From Lama guanicoe (lineage: Eukaryota), in the NCBI GenBank assembly GCA_013239625.1, contig MU054187.1, positions 3,297,757-3,361,756 on the forward strand: a stretch of DNA of 64,000 bases, given 5' to 3'. The notes beneath the pieces were generated by a model. It ran no database searches, had not been told where the DNA came from, and was given only the letters and a program-made list of their open reading frames with translations. The translations under genes were made by a program, and so were the position numbers. Of the stretch, positions 50,700 through 62,130 are shown one piece after another. Each line of letters starts with the position of its first letter. The first letter of the stretch is position 1.

Positions 50700-51162
50700 T
50701 TTTTCTCTTTTTTTTATTTTTACTAAGACAGCTTTGTAGAGCAGTTTTAGACTCTCAGCAAAACTGAGGGGAAAGTACAGATTTCCCACACGTCCCCTGC
50801 CCCTGCACATGCCTGGCCACCCCCACCATCAACATGCCCCACCAGATGCTGCATTTGCTGCAACTGATGAACCTACATGGACACATTATCACCAAGGGTC
50901 CATAGTTTACACGAGGGTTCACTCTTGGTGGTGTACATTCCATGCATCTGGACGAATGCATAGTGACACGCATTCACCATTATGGTTCCATACAGAGTAT
51001 TTCCACTGTCCTGAACATCTCCCGTGTTCCGCCCATTCACCCCTCCCCCTGCACCCACCCCTGGCAACCACTGATCTTTCTAGTGTCTCCATAGTTTTGC
51101 CTTTACCAGACGTTGCAGCAGTATGGTGTGTGGCCTTTCCAGATTTGCTTCTTTCACTCACC
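50700..51162 (-). mobile_element. L1MC1-like 3' UTR
   Basis: agagcagttttagactctcagcaaaactgaggggaaagtacag...gatgaacctacatggacac...gtccatagtttacacgagggttcactcttggt. Confidence 0.85.
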
Positions 51163-51223
51163 GTTTTATTTAATCCATCTGTCTTTATACTGAAAGTCCA
51201 CCTCTACAGACAGCACATAATTG

Positions 51224-51560
51224 GTGTCAGAGGTTAGATCCTCCAAGAGCGGGTGCCGAGCCAGAGTTTGCTGTGCAGAGTAGTCATTAGAATCAGCAAC
51301 TGTGGAGGAGGGGGCGGGGGAGTGAGCAGGATGAGGCAGAGGGAGAAGTCAGACCACAAGGAACCTTCACAGAGCCTCAGCGGGCCCCACGGGGAGCCCT
51401 GGTGCGTGTGTGGCCGGTCCGAGTTGTCCCACAGGACGCTGAAGTGGCCAGGTCTTCGTGCTCTTGCCTCACTCAGCTACTGGATGTGGGCCACGTCGGG
51501 AAGGGCGCAGGCAGCAAGGCCTCCTAGGAAGAGGGCCTGGCAGGGCAGCTGTACGGCCAT
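51224..51560 (-). mobile_element. LTR16-like (ERVL) LTR nested in an older minus-strand L1 fragment (~51165-51800)
   Basis: ggcagagggagaagtc...gcctcagcgggccccacggggagccctgg...agagttgtccc. The L1 text 'gcacataattgg' continues as 'gtcttg...atccagtctg...acatttaatgtaatcattgata' after the insert. Confidence 0.7.
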
Positions 51561-51976
51561 AGTCTTGACTTCCATCCAGTCTGTCTTAAAGCGGAACGTT
51601 TGGCTCACTTACATTTAATGTAATCATTGATATTGTCGGGTTTTAATCTACCGTCTCTTTGTCTTCTATTTTTTCATATTTTTTGTTCCTGTTTCTCTCC
51701 TCCTGCTTCCATTTGGGTTAATCAAATAATTTTTTAAATTCCATTTTATTTCTTGTATTGGCTTTTTAACTATGCGTCCTATTGTTACTTTTTCAGTTGG
51801 TACATCTTTAACTCATTTCAGATCACTGGCCGTCCTCCGCTTCCAGCCACGATGGACTTACCATCCAACTGGAAACAATTAAAAACCAAACATAATATAT
51901 GAAATATAGTTTAGATGCTGACACCAGGCAGCTACCTGGCTGCCTGTTACCTAACACCTGAAAAGACTTGCCTCTA

Positions 51977-52785
51977 ACAAGTGCTGGAGAGGACTGGGGA
52001 AAAGGGGACCCTCTTGCACTGCTGGTGGGGTGTAAATTGGTGCACTGCTTAAGGAGAACGTTCTGGAGGTTCCTTACAAAACTGAAAATAGAGTTATCAT
52101 GTGATCCAGTAATCCTGCTCTTGGGCACATATCAGGAAAAGACAAAAACCTTAATTCAAAAAGATGCACGCACCCCAATGTTCATAGCAGCACTATTTGC
52201 AGTAGCCAAGAATGGAAGCAATCCAAATGTCCATCAACAGACGACTGGATAAAGAAGATACGGTATGCAATGGAAAATTATTCAGTGATAAAATAAGAAT
52301 GAAATGTTGTCATTTGCAGCAAAATGGATGGACCTAAAGATGATGATGATGATTATTATGATTATTATTATTATTTATTATTATTACTACCTAAGCGAAG
52401 TAAGTCAGACAGAGAGAGACAAATATGACATCACTTATATCTGGAATCTAAAATAACAATACAAATCAACTTATTTACCAAACAGAAATAGACTCACAGA
52501 CGTAGAAAACAAACTTACGGTGACCAAAGGGGAAAGGGGAGGGGGAGGGAAAAATTGGGAGTTTGGGATGAACAGATACACACTGCTATATATCAAATAG
52601 ATAAACAACAAGGTCCTACTGTAGAGCGCAGGGAGCCATCGTCAATATCTTGTAATGAGCTGTAGCAGAAAAGAATATGAAGCTGTACAGCTGAAACTAA
52701 TAGAATATTGCAAATCAACTGTAGTTTAATAAATAAAGTTTCAAAAATTTTAAAACCAAACTACATAATGTTAAAAATGAAAAAA
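51977..52785 (+). mobile_element. 5'-truncated LINE-1 (artiodactyl-type 3' end) with 16-bp TSD
   Basis: ORF 51968..52252 is an ORF2p C-terminal remnant. TSD aaaagacttgcctcta (51961-51976) vs aaatgacttgcttcta (52786-52801), 14/16 identical. Confidence 0.93.
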
Positions 52786-53049
52786 AAATGACTTGCTTCT
52801 ATGTTGTATCCAGTTTTAGATATCTTGGTGGGAAAGTCTCCCGACTGCTAAATTTTGTCATTAATGATAACTAAGATTGACAGAGTGCATTTACACTGTT
52901 TTTCATTATTTAGTATTTATTGATTGAGTTGAGTAATTTGACCTGCATCACTTGATCCAAGTCTCACAGAAGGACCGGGGTTTCCTCAGGCTTGTGAGGA
53001 CAGCCCGAGCCCCCAGCAGCTCCTCGTCCACTCCAGTTGTTTGACTTGG

Positions 53050-53210
53050 AATATGTCCATCTAACTCCTCTTAACAAGCCCCTGAGGACTACATTGTCAG
53101 CCACATCCATTCAAGGAGGAAGTGGGACTCAGAAGTTAGGGAGCTGGACTGATGTCACTCAGTCAACGAGAAGTGAAGCTTGGTGGCCAGACGCCAACCC
53201 AGTGTTCTCC
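53050..53210 (-). mobile_element. MIR SINE fragment
   Basis: taactcctcttaacaagcccctgagg...gactcagaagttagggagctggactgatgtcactcag. Confidence 0.5.
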
Positions 53211-53666
53211 AGGGACAGCACTGCTCAGAAGCTTCCCCTCCAGCGGCCCCTCAGGGCAGGTTCCAAGGTTGAGAAAGGCTCACAGCCTGACCGCAGCACC
53301 CAGACAGCGCGTGTCTGGTTCAGCCCTTTCAGTCGTCAGGTGCACACGGCATAGGAAGGAGAGACTATCAGATGGAACCCATTTCCGCTGCACACGCTCT
53401 AGTTGAAAGAATTATTTTGTTACCCTTAAATTCATGGAAGCACGTCCACATCTGTGACTTGAATGAGCCTCCAGAAATTCCTTGCAGCTGTTACCACTGG
53501 CACATCATTAAGGCCAAATGCGTTCGGGGGGGGTTGTTAAAGCCACACTGTTAATATTGTAGACGGACAAAAACAGTGCGTCTCTGTCGTTTCTTTTTTC
53601 CCCTTGATTATTTGTGATCATACTGATGGCTTAGTGATAAAGAGTGTGGTCTAGACAGCAGCTGTA

Positions 53667-53928
53667 ACACACACACACACACACACACCCCCCACACACA
53701 CCCCGCACACCACACACCACACACCACACACACCCCACACACCACACACACACATACACACACACCACACACACATAAACACAAACACACACATACACAC
53801 CCCCCACACACACACACCACACACACACACACAGCACACACACTACACACCACAAACACCACACACACATATACACACATACACACACACCACACACACC
53901 ACACACCACACATACACACACACACACA
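53667..53928. repeat. Complex (CA)n/(CACAC)n simple repeat, ~260 bp
   Basis: Directly visible; accounts for the Cys/Val ORFs on the minus strand. Confidence 0.95.
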
Positions 53929-55974
53929 GGAACAGGGCTTGACTGAGGAAGCAGTCGTGCTCGTCGGCGCTCATCACCGCCATCACGCAGGCACAGCCGA
54001 GGAAGGCAGGAATTACGCATCCTGCTTCTCCATATCCATTTTTCCAGAGACTTCTGACTAAGCGCACGGACGGGAGAATTATTACAGTAGTGCAGAAGGT
54101 CGTGCTCAGTCTACTAACAGCATCAGGCTAGAAGATTCCTTGATGGGGCAAGAGAAAAATAAATAAAGATGAGGGCTTTATGAATTGTCTCTCGTCTGGA
54201 ATGTGAGTGCCACTGTCACCTGGGGATGAATTTGACTTTCCTGCTGCTGGGATGCTCCAAACAAAGAATGATTACTGCATGTCACTCGGCACTAAGTTTA
54301 AAGCAGGCAGTAAACCTTGATTAACCAGAGATGCAAACCCACCCGAACTTTTTATAGCTTATGACTTTGGAAAGAAAAGCATGGGTCATAAGGAAACCAG
54401 ATTATTTTCAGATTTATTCAAAAATTTACTGTGCCAGTCATGCCCTGGGGCCAGAGAAGACTTGGCTGTATTTCTTATGCATTTTCCAGAAGAAATCAAG
54501 GCAGAGGTCCGGATGTTATGATAGCCTCCAGGCATTACCATAGCTTCCACTTTCAAAGAAAGATTCTATTTTGTTCAGAATATTGCATTTACTAAGTTAC
54601 TAAGACAGAGAGGCTGAAACACATCTTGGCAGACTTTACAAGCAACAAAAATAGTGTGCCGGCTAACCCATTAAGTAATGAGATGATTTCATCAAAACAT
54701 CTCAGTCCCTCCACCTTCCGCCCACGATTTACCAAAGCAGAAGAAAACAAAATGTCTACGTGGTTGAAAGATGAACCGTCCTCAGCAGGTGATGGTCCTT
54801 ACTGCACGCGGACAGGCCTTCTGCTGAGGAAGGTGCCCTCGCCTCCTCCAGGCGTCACAGCGCATCGGGTTCTGCTCCTGCTGTTGGTTTGGTCTGCAGC
54901 CAGCGTTCCTGGTGTTGCTCTGGTAGAGCTGTGTGTATTGTATGTCATGCGTTTACTTACTCATTTACAACAAGCATCTTTAGAGCAGGCGCTCTGGAGA
55001 TGGCTAAATGAGCAAAACACAGACAAGCGCGCAGTCCAAGCAGGGATCAGACGGGCTCTAACCCACCGGCACGGGCAAGCACAAGGATCCGTGGTGCACG
55101 GAGACAGTGCAGCCTCCTGGGCCCTCGGGGCTGGGACAGGCGCCATCAGGCAGAACTTCGCAGGGTCATCTGGGCTGGGTCTTGAACAACGGTGGAGATT
55201 CTTTAGGCTTCAGGGAGAGCGTCACCATCATTACCCTGGCCCCCTCCCTCCAGGCAAGGCCGTCCCGTCTTTGTGTTCTTCTGTTCCTCATCCCGACAGA
55301 TGGCAGCAGGTCGTCCACAGGCACCGCCACCCTGGTGCCCACTTGACCTCTTCTCAGTGGAAACACCCTCTTGGAGCAGGAGGAGCCACGGGTGTGAGGA
55401 CTGCAGCCGACGTCACTGGGCGATGCCCAGGGCCCCCACAGCCACAGGCCGGAGCACAGCCATTAGTGCCGGGTCCGCCTTGTTCAGACGCCTGTGCCTC
55501 GAAAGAAGCCAAGAGGCTAGCGGCATTTCAGAGACGAAACAGGCGAAAGTCGCAGCTCCTCGTCTGTGTACAGAGCTTGGGTTAGGGGACCTCCCGGATG
55601 CTGGAGCAGCACCCGCCTTACAGGTCCGTCGGGCTCACAGGGCTCACGGGCGAAGCACGGACCCTGCCCCCAAACTGTCTTCTAGACAAGCTCTATGCCT
55701 TCCGTTTTCGTGGACTTAAATGTCAGTTCCGGTAGTTTGTCCAGACCCCTGCCTTTCCTTCTGGGTGTTAGAAATGTGGGTGTTTGGGGTCACGTAGACC
55801 CTTTGGGCCCATGCAGGAGGTCTAGCCGATGGAATCTTTGGTCTTTGAAACAAATCTTTGCGCAGATGAAACGAAGTCCGGGGGCGCTGGTGGGAGGCGG
55901 GGCAGAGGGCGGGGCAGTGAGAGATGGGGGGACTCGGGCCCCTGGGTCTTCGCTCTTACTTGTAAATTTCTGGA

Positions 55975-56105
55975 GGACAGCACAGTGATTCAGTTTTATA
56001 TATATATATTCCTTTCCAGATTCTTTTCCATGATAGATTATTACAAGATATCCCCCATGCTACACAGCAGAAACTTGTTGGTCTCTTTTACGCATAGCAG
56101 TTAGC
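55975..56105 (-). mobile_element. Short L1 3' UTR fragment (artiodactyl-type), followed by an L2 3' remnant at ~56130-56240
   Basis: cacagtgattcagttttatatatatatattcctttccagattcttttccatgatagattattacaagata; then agactgtaaactcctcggggcagg (L2 tail). Confidence 0.7.
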
Positions 56106-57809
56106 ACAGCATCACTATATTACGATCTTGATGCTTACTGGTCCAGTTACGTTCGGTCTGTGTCCCCTGTGAGACTGTAAACTCCTCGGGGCAGGCCGAT
56201 TGTCCGCCTGCACAGTCAGACACGCAGCACCTGGGAGAGGGCGCGCGGTCCCTCCGGGTCCGGGGCACCCTTGAATCGTGGCGCCAGTTCAGGGAAACAG
56301 GTCGGGGCTGGGGGGAAGGGCTTCAGGTTCCCGCCGAGCACCCGGAGCTGCCGTGTAGGTGAGAACTTTTCCCATACATGATTTCCTGTCCCAGCGGTAA
56401 CTCAGCCTCTCACGGATCCTTACAGTCGGAACAAAGGTTCCATGAATATCAACCAAAAGGAGCAAAGCGAGTCTTTGTCCCAGCAGTTGGACTCTGTGAA
56501 GCCACTTCTCATCTCCATTTCCTCTCCGCAGGGTGGCTGCTGCTCTGGGGGCTGACGGACGTTTTTTCCTAGCTACACTTAAAGATAACTTGAGTTTCCA
56601 AGTACAACACAAATATGAAATTGCTTTACGCCGACTCGAAGGGATGGGAGGATTACTATAATTTAAGAACCATGATAAAATGAAATGAACATGGCCTTAA
56701 AGGGCCGCGACAGAAGTCATTTTAGAACACCACCAGGACGAAGGAAGATTCAGCTTTAATTCTGTTAGAAGCACAACTTTTGAAACCCTGAAGCAAATAC
56801 TTATCTCCTAGTGCACACATTGCCAAAGGGAAGGAAATGTGAGTTGAAGGGGACTTCCCTGAAGAAGATGCAAGTTTCATTCTACCCTTGAAAATAAGAG
56901 CTTGCACAAAGTTTCTTTTTATCAGTCTCCTCTTTGGTCTGAGCACTCAGCTCCTATTTCAATAAGTGAGAGTAATATGCATTCGTCCGAAGGATGTCTG
57001 CGTCTCTGTGCACCGTCATTCCAGCAACCCACTTGTAAATTGCCTTTTCCAAATGTTCTCTTGCGGATGAGATTCGGCATGTTGAGGGGAGGGGAGGCAC
57101 TGTGATGGATTCAGCTGATTCTTCAGCTTGGCAGTGATGAGGTGAACTGAAACTAATTCCGGGCTCTACATTTTTGGCAAATGAGCAAATATGCAGATTT
57201 GTACCAAACTCATGTGTCTGCCAGCTACCCCTCCCCCACCCCCATATTGGTTCCCGAAGCCGGGTTCACTGAGCTAGTGCTCCAATTAGTGAGAACATCG
57301 TAACAAGCATGTAATTATTCTGGAACCTGTTGAGCTTTCATCTGCTATCAATTGCATTTCATTTAAGCCCAATTCAGGCTGAACCCGCAGTGAATTCCAT
57401 CATTTACAGTGGAGACCCTAGATGGTCACGACTTCCGCGCTTCGAGGTGGTGGTCAGGAAACTGCCTTTGAAATGGTCGCAGTTTGTATTCAGATGGTCT
57501 CTCTGATTGATTATAAAGCTTTATTGCTGCAAGTGTGATTATTTACAGTTGTCTCCAGGAATGCTGGAGTAAATTGCTTCCAATGAAAAATGTGAATCCT
57601 AAAGGAGAAATGATGGTGGCTCGACAGGTCTCTTGTATCATTATTCAGTCCATCCATGCAATTAGCCAGTCACTCAGAGGGCACTGGGCAAAGGTGCCAA
57701 GATGAGGTTTCTGGCATTGTGGGAGTCAGACTGGGAGAGGGAGTTGAGAAATCCAGACAAACTACACACAGCGACCCGCTGTGGGCATTGGAGTGGAAGG
57801 ATGACCTGG

Positions 57810-58050
57810 CCGTTGTGAGACCACTGAAGATTCAGCAAGTGATTACGCCTGGAGAGCTGCAGGAAGGCTTCCCAGAGGAGTGGGTATTTGAGCAGAGTCT
57901 TCCAGGGATAAAAGGTTTTCCAGGGAAAAGAAACATGGAGAGAAAGGGGGACTCCAAGTTAGAGAGACACGTGCAAGAGCCTGGACTCATGAAAGGGTGG
58001 GATATGTTTTCATTGTTTAGAAACAATGAGGGTTCAATGTAGCAAAGATT
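57810..58050 (-). mobile_element. L2 LINE fragment
   Basis: caggaaggcttcccagaggagtgggtatttgagcagagtctt...gacacgtgcaagagcctgga. Confidence 0.65.
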
Positions 58051-58073
58051 AATTAAGAGGGAAAAGGCTAGAA

Positions 58074-58423
58074 CAAAGGTTCCCAAACAACATTCTTATT
58101 TTATTGCAACTTTCGTATCTCAGTAATTTTTTCATGGCACAGCTGAAGCAAACAGAAATTTCTAAAAGTTTCATTTATTGAGTAGTTGGGTTCAAAGAAC
58201 AGTATTTTCTTTCCATCAGCGCTACCACCAAAACCCCTGCTTCACAAAGACATTACTCCAACAGAACACATCACTCTCTAGCACTGAAACTGTAACTGAC
58301 CCTTAACTGGTAGTACCTGGTTTTGAGTACCTTGAATGTGAAAATTTTAAATATTCTTACAGTGCCCTGGCAATTTTCTTGCAGTATCCAAAGACACTTT
58401 GGCACCCAGTTTGGGAATCTCTG
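58074..58423 (-). mobile_element. Charlie4a-like hAT non-autonomous element with TIRs and 8-bp TSD
   Basis: TIRs caaaggttcccaaac (58074-58088) and gtttgggaatctctg (58409-58423), 13/15 complementary. TSD ggctagaa (58066-58073) vs ggctagta (58424-58431). Confidence 0.85.
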
Positions 58424-58779
58424 GGCTAGTAAACAGGTTGAAGTCAAACCAAAAAAGACTTTATATATAAACACGAGACATTCCTGAAATACAAATGTGA
58501 CGTGACTGTGAAATTGAAGGGGTCACCAACCAACACCTTTGAACTAAATTTCTAAAGGTAATTTGAAAATAGGTAAATAAGGCAGACAGATAACTCTCTC
58601 CCTTCACAACCCTGATGCATAATAAAGTCAACAAAGATTTTTTCTTTCTTTCTCCCAATTCACAATGACTTCTGGACCAGTCAGACAAATGGAAAGTCTA
58701 GCAAAAATGAATTTTTTTCACCTATCAACATTGTTGAGCGAAAATGAGGTCTCAACCACATGCACTTTAAAAAAATTAC

Positions 58780-59252
58780 ACTCATCCAAAAATGTTCATA
58801 GCAGCATGATTTGTGATAGCTGATAAGTGGAAACAACCAAAATGCCCATCAGCTGATGAATGGATGAGCAGATGATGGTGTATCCATGCAGTGGAATATT
58901 ATTCAGCCATTAAAAGGAGTGAAGTATTGATGCTTGGAAGAACCTCAAGGACATTACGTTGAGTGAAGGAAGCCAAACACAAAAGCTCTCATGTTGTATG
59001 ACTCTACTTGGTTAAAATCTCTACTGCAGACGCACGACGCAAATCTAGAGATGCAGAAATGGTTGCCAGGGGCTTCAGTGGGAGGAACAGGGAGTGACCA
59101 CCAATGGGCATGAGGTTTCTTGATGAAATGATGAAAATATTCTGGAATTGCAGGACAGGGGTGATGGTTGCACAGCTCTGAGAAGATCCTATAAACCACG
59201 GAACTGTATGCCTTAGAAGAGTGAATGTTGTGGTGTGGGAATTACATCTCCA
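58780..59252 (+). mobile_element. L1MB-type 3' end
   Basis: aatgttcatagcagca...tggaaacaaccaaaatgcccatcagctgatgaatgg...gtggaatattattcagccat...gtgatggttgcacag. Confidence 0.85.
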
Positions 59253-61366
59253 GGGGGAAAGCCAGAGGTGACATCACTTGCTAAGACCCACCCCCCAGCC
59301 CCTCAAAGTCAGGGGTTCCCTCCTGTCTCCGTGGGTCCGTGGGGATGTGATGTTAACTGTCTTGGACAGATCAGCGACTAGCCCCCAGATTTCCAGGAGC
59401 TCCTGTCCTGAGGGATGGCATGGAGGGCCTAGACAGGATTCAAGGCATTACCTGAATGAGCACATCATGTCCCCACAACAGTGCCTCCTGGAGTAGGTAC
59501 CGTCTTGCGCTACCCACCACCACGTCCCCCTGCGCCTTCCCTCGCTCCTCTCGGGTATCACCATGCTCACCTCACCCGAGCTCAGGAAGCTCAGGAGTAG
59601 CCAGTACAACCAATGAAGTTCTCTATTACTCAGGCAGGCGCCCATCAGCATCCTGACTTCACTACCACTCTGCCGTTAGGTGCGCTGTGACCGTGGGACC
59701 GGCTGGGTAAAGACGCGTGAGACCCGGCAGGAGCAATGCTGATCAGGCCTGTTTCAAAAGGCAGTTCCAAGAAATGTCAGAAGGAAGAGCTTGTGATCCG
59801 GCAGGCTTTTTAACAAGCCACCCCACAGCATCACGCTAAAATCTTCCAGTTACTTGCCTCACTTCACACCTCGAGTCACAAATTACAGTCTAATAACCTT
59901 AGAACCAGGACTCGAGAATAGGCACCATCCTCATTCTCACTGGATTATTTCTTCCACTTACTTGTAATATTTCAGAAAAGTTCCTTGATAGTTTCAGGCC
60001 TTTATTGCACCATCTGGGGGGAAGAGATAAGATGGTTTTTATTGGATAATACTTGTAAAGCATTTTTGGTTTTCAGTGCAGAGTAAGTATATTGAAAAAA
60101 AGAAAAACTAGGTAATAACTTCAAGGTCGGTGCACATAGAACGGCCAGCCCGCGGCGGTGACTCATGCAGGATCATGACCCAGCCTCACCCGGCCGCCCT
60201 CCCTCGGCCCGCGGAGAAGCACCTGCTCGCCGAATCATGGCACGACCCTCCCCAGGGGCTTAGCGACACGTGCACTAAGGCCCATGCAAGGTGATCTCCC
60301 GAGTTACAGGAAGGAAACACCAGCACTTCATTTATTTCCTTGTATGCCTCTGCTTGTCTGATTCTTTGTTCATGGTCGTTTTACCCTTAAAGGCAACAAA
60401 GATTGTTGACAGTCTAGTCTGTCCCCTATTTCTTCATAACAATCAACAGTGGAGTAAGTTCCCGAAGACCACTTACCAGCCTGAGGAAAGACACTAGCAA
60501 TCTGTCAGGAGCTACCGCGATCATGAGATGAAATGTCCCAAAGGGGTCAGTAATTTAGGGGAGTAATGAGTTTTCCTGCTTAAATCCAGGATGGACCATT
60601 GCGTCCTTGGGTGGAATCCTACGAAAGAGAAGGGCCGGGAAGCTGGGGTCCCTGACTCCCCCCACAGCCCCAGCCACAATAGCTCTTATTTTGCCTGTTT
60701 TCTTTGGCTGTTCTTCTGGGCAAGATTTGTCTGGGGTACAAAGCTGTCTTGTGAAAGCTTTAGCAGAACTTGGAGGAATTCTACAGAGTCCAAGCAGAGA
60801 GGGCATTCTTAACAGAGTTATTATGAATAAACGAAACAGCCAGCCGTTACAATAGACCTGGGAGAATTCAGGTGGCAAGAAGTCAGATGTTTTCACTAAC
60901 TTTGGTGAAATGAGGAAGCATTCTCAGACCAAAGAACGGAAGTGCATGCGAAGTTCAGGGCGCTTTGTCCCCTGGGTTATAAATCTGGACAAGGGCAGCT
61001 CCAGACAGCCAACAGAAAGCTCTGCGTCCCTCCAGTTTCACTCACAAAATTTATAAACCGGTATCTCTGTCCATCCTGGTGCCATCAGTCCATTCCAGAC
61101 GCCCAGGCTTAGAGCCTGTCACATGGAAATGATCATTCTTGTTTTGGAAGAAGTGACAGATTTGAAGTGAATCAGTGACAGCCTCTTCCAAATTCTGTTT
61201 CGTAGGAGAACTCATAGCCTGGTCAGTTCGGAGCTATGATCTGCTTGTCTCTTGTTTCTTTATTTTCCAGCAAACAGAGAGTCCTTGCCAAGTCAAAAGT
61301 GTGGCGGGAAGATTTACAACTTCCCCTGTGATGAACTGATAAACACAGTTGATGCCCACAATTTGT

Positions 61367-61827
61367 TAAAAAGAAAGAAGAGAAACTTATCAAAGAAATG
61401 GAGACTTTGATTCGAGATCTGCAAACAGTAAAAAGCCAGCAATAGACTAGGAAAGCCTTATTCCACCTCCCTCTCCTCACCCCCTGCAATCTCACTGCTC
61501 ACATTCACAGAACAGAGAGCCAGCCGACAGGATGAAATCGACTGCTCGGGCCAAGCCGTGAGCCCCAGGGCTCAGAACAGAAGAGGCTGACCGCTGCGCC
61601 TCGGACACGAGCTTCGGAGTGGAAACCAGACTTACCCTGTGCAGCCATACAGATTCATGCTTCTTTTTCCAAAATGTCATCAATAAGATTGAAGAAAAAT
61701 CATCTAGCCACTTGAAATCTTCTTATATCTTTATCCTAAAAAGAATCATGATCTACTCGCACAGCTCTGTGAGGTATACACCCTTATAAAAAGAAAGGAG
61801 AGAAACTTATCAAAGAAACGGAGACTT
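61367..61827 (+). repeat. Pair of 41-bp direct repeats 420 bp apart
   Basis: 61367-61407 and 61787-61827 are 39/41 identical. Confidence 0.9.
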
Positions 61828-61929
61828 CGGCCCCAAAAAGGATTAAAAAATTGGCTTTGAAATTTTGAGTGAGAAAGTATCTTTGAAGTAATTAAGTCTA
61901 GCTGTCCTCTGAAGGCCGAGATTTCCTCT

Positions 61930-62130
61930 GCAACATCTCCGACTGGCGATTATTTATTCTGCTTGAATACTTTCCGTGATTCAAGAGAAGTCATTCCACT
62001 TGTGAGCATCACTGATGATTAGAAGGCTCTTCCTCATATAAATGGAAAATCCACTTCTCCATGCATGTCTCACTGGGTCTTAGGGCTGTGTATCTACACA
62101 GGATAAACCCAACCCCTCGGCTGTAGAAGC
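61930..62130 (-). mobile_element. Possible L3/CR1 LINE fragment
   Basis: ttagaaggctcttcctcatataaatggaaaatccacttctcc...cactgggtcttag resembles reverse-complement L3. Confidence 0.45.

Noticed and set aside
53293..53311. REST/NRSE-like GCAGCACCCAGACAGCGCG
   Set aside because: One base shorter than the canonical half-site spacing and lacks the GG of GGACAG.
53608..54067. Cys/Val-rich ORFs (also 116..316 and 11975..12247)
   Set aside because: Translations of simple repeats.
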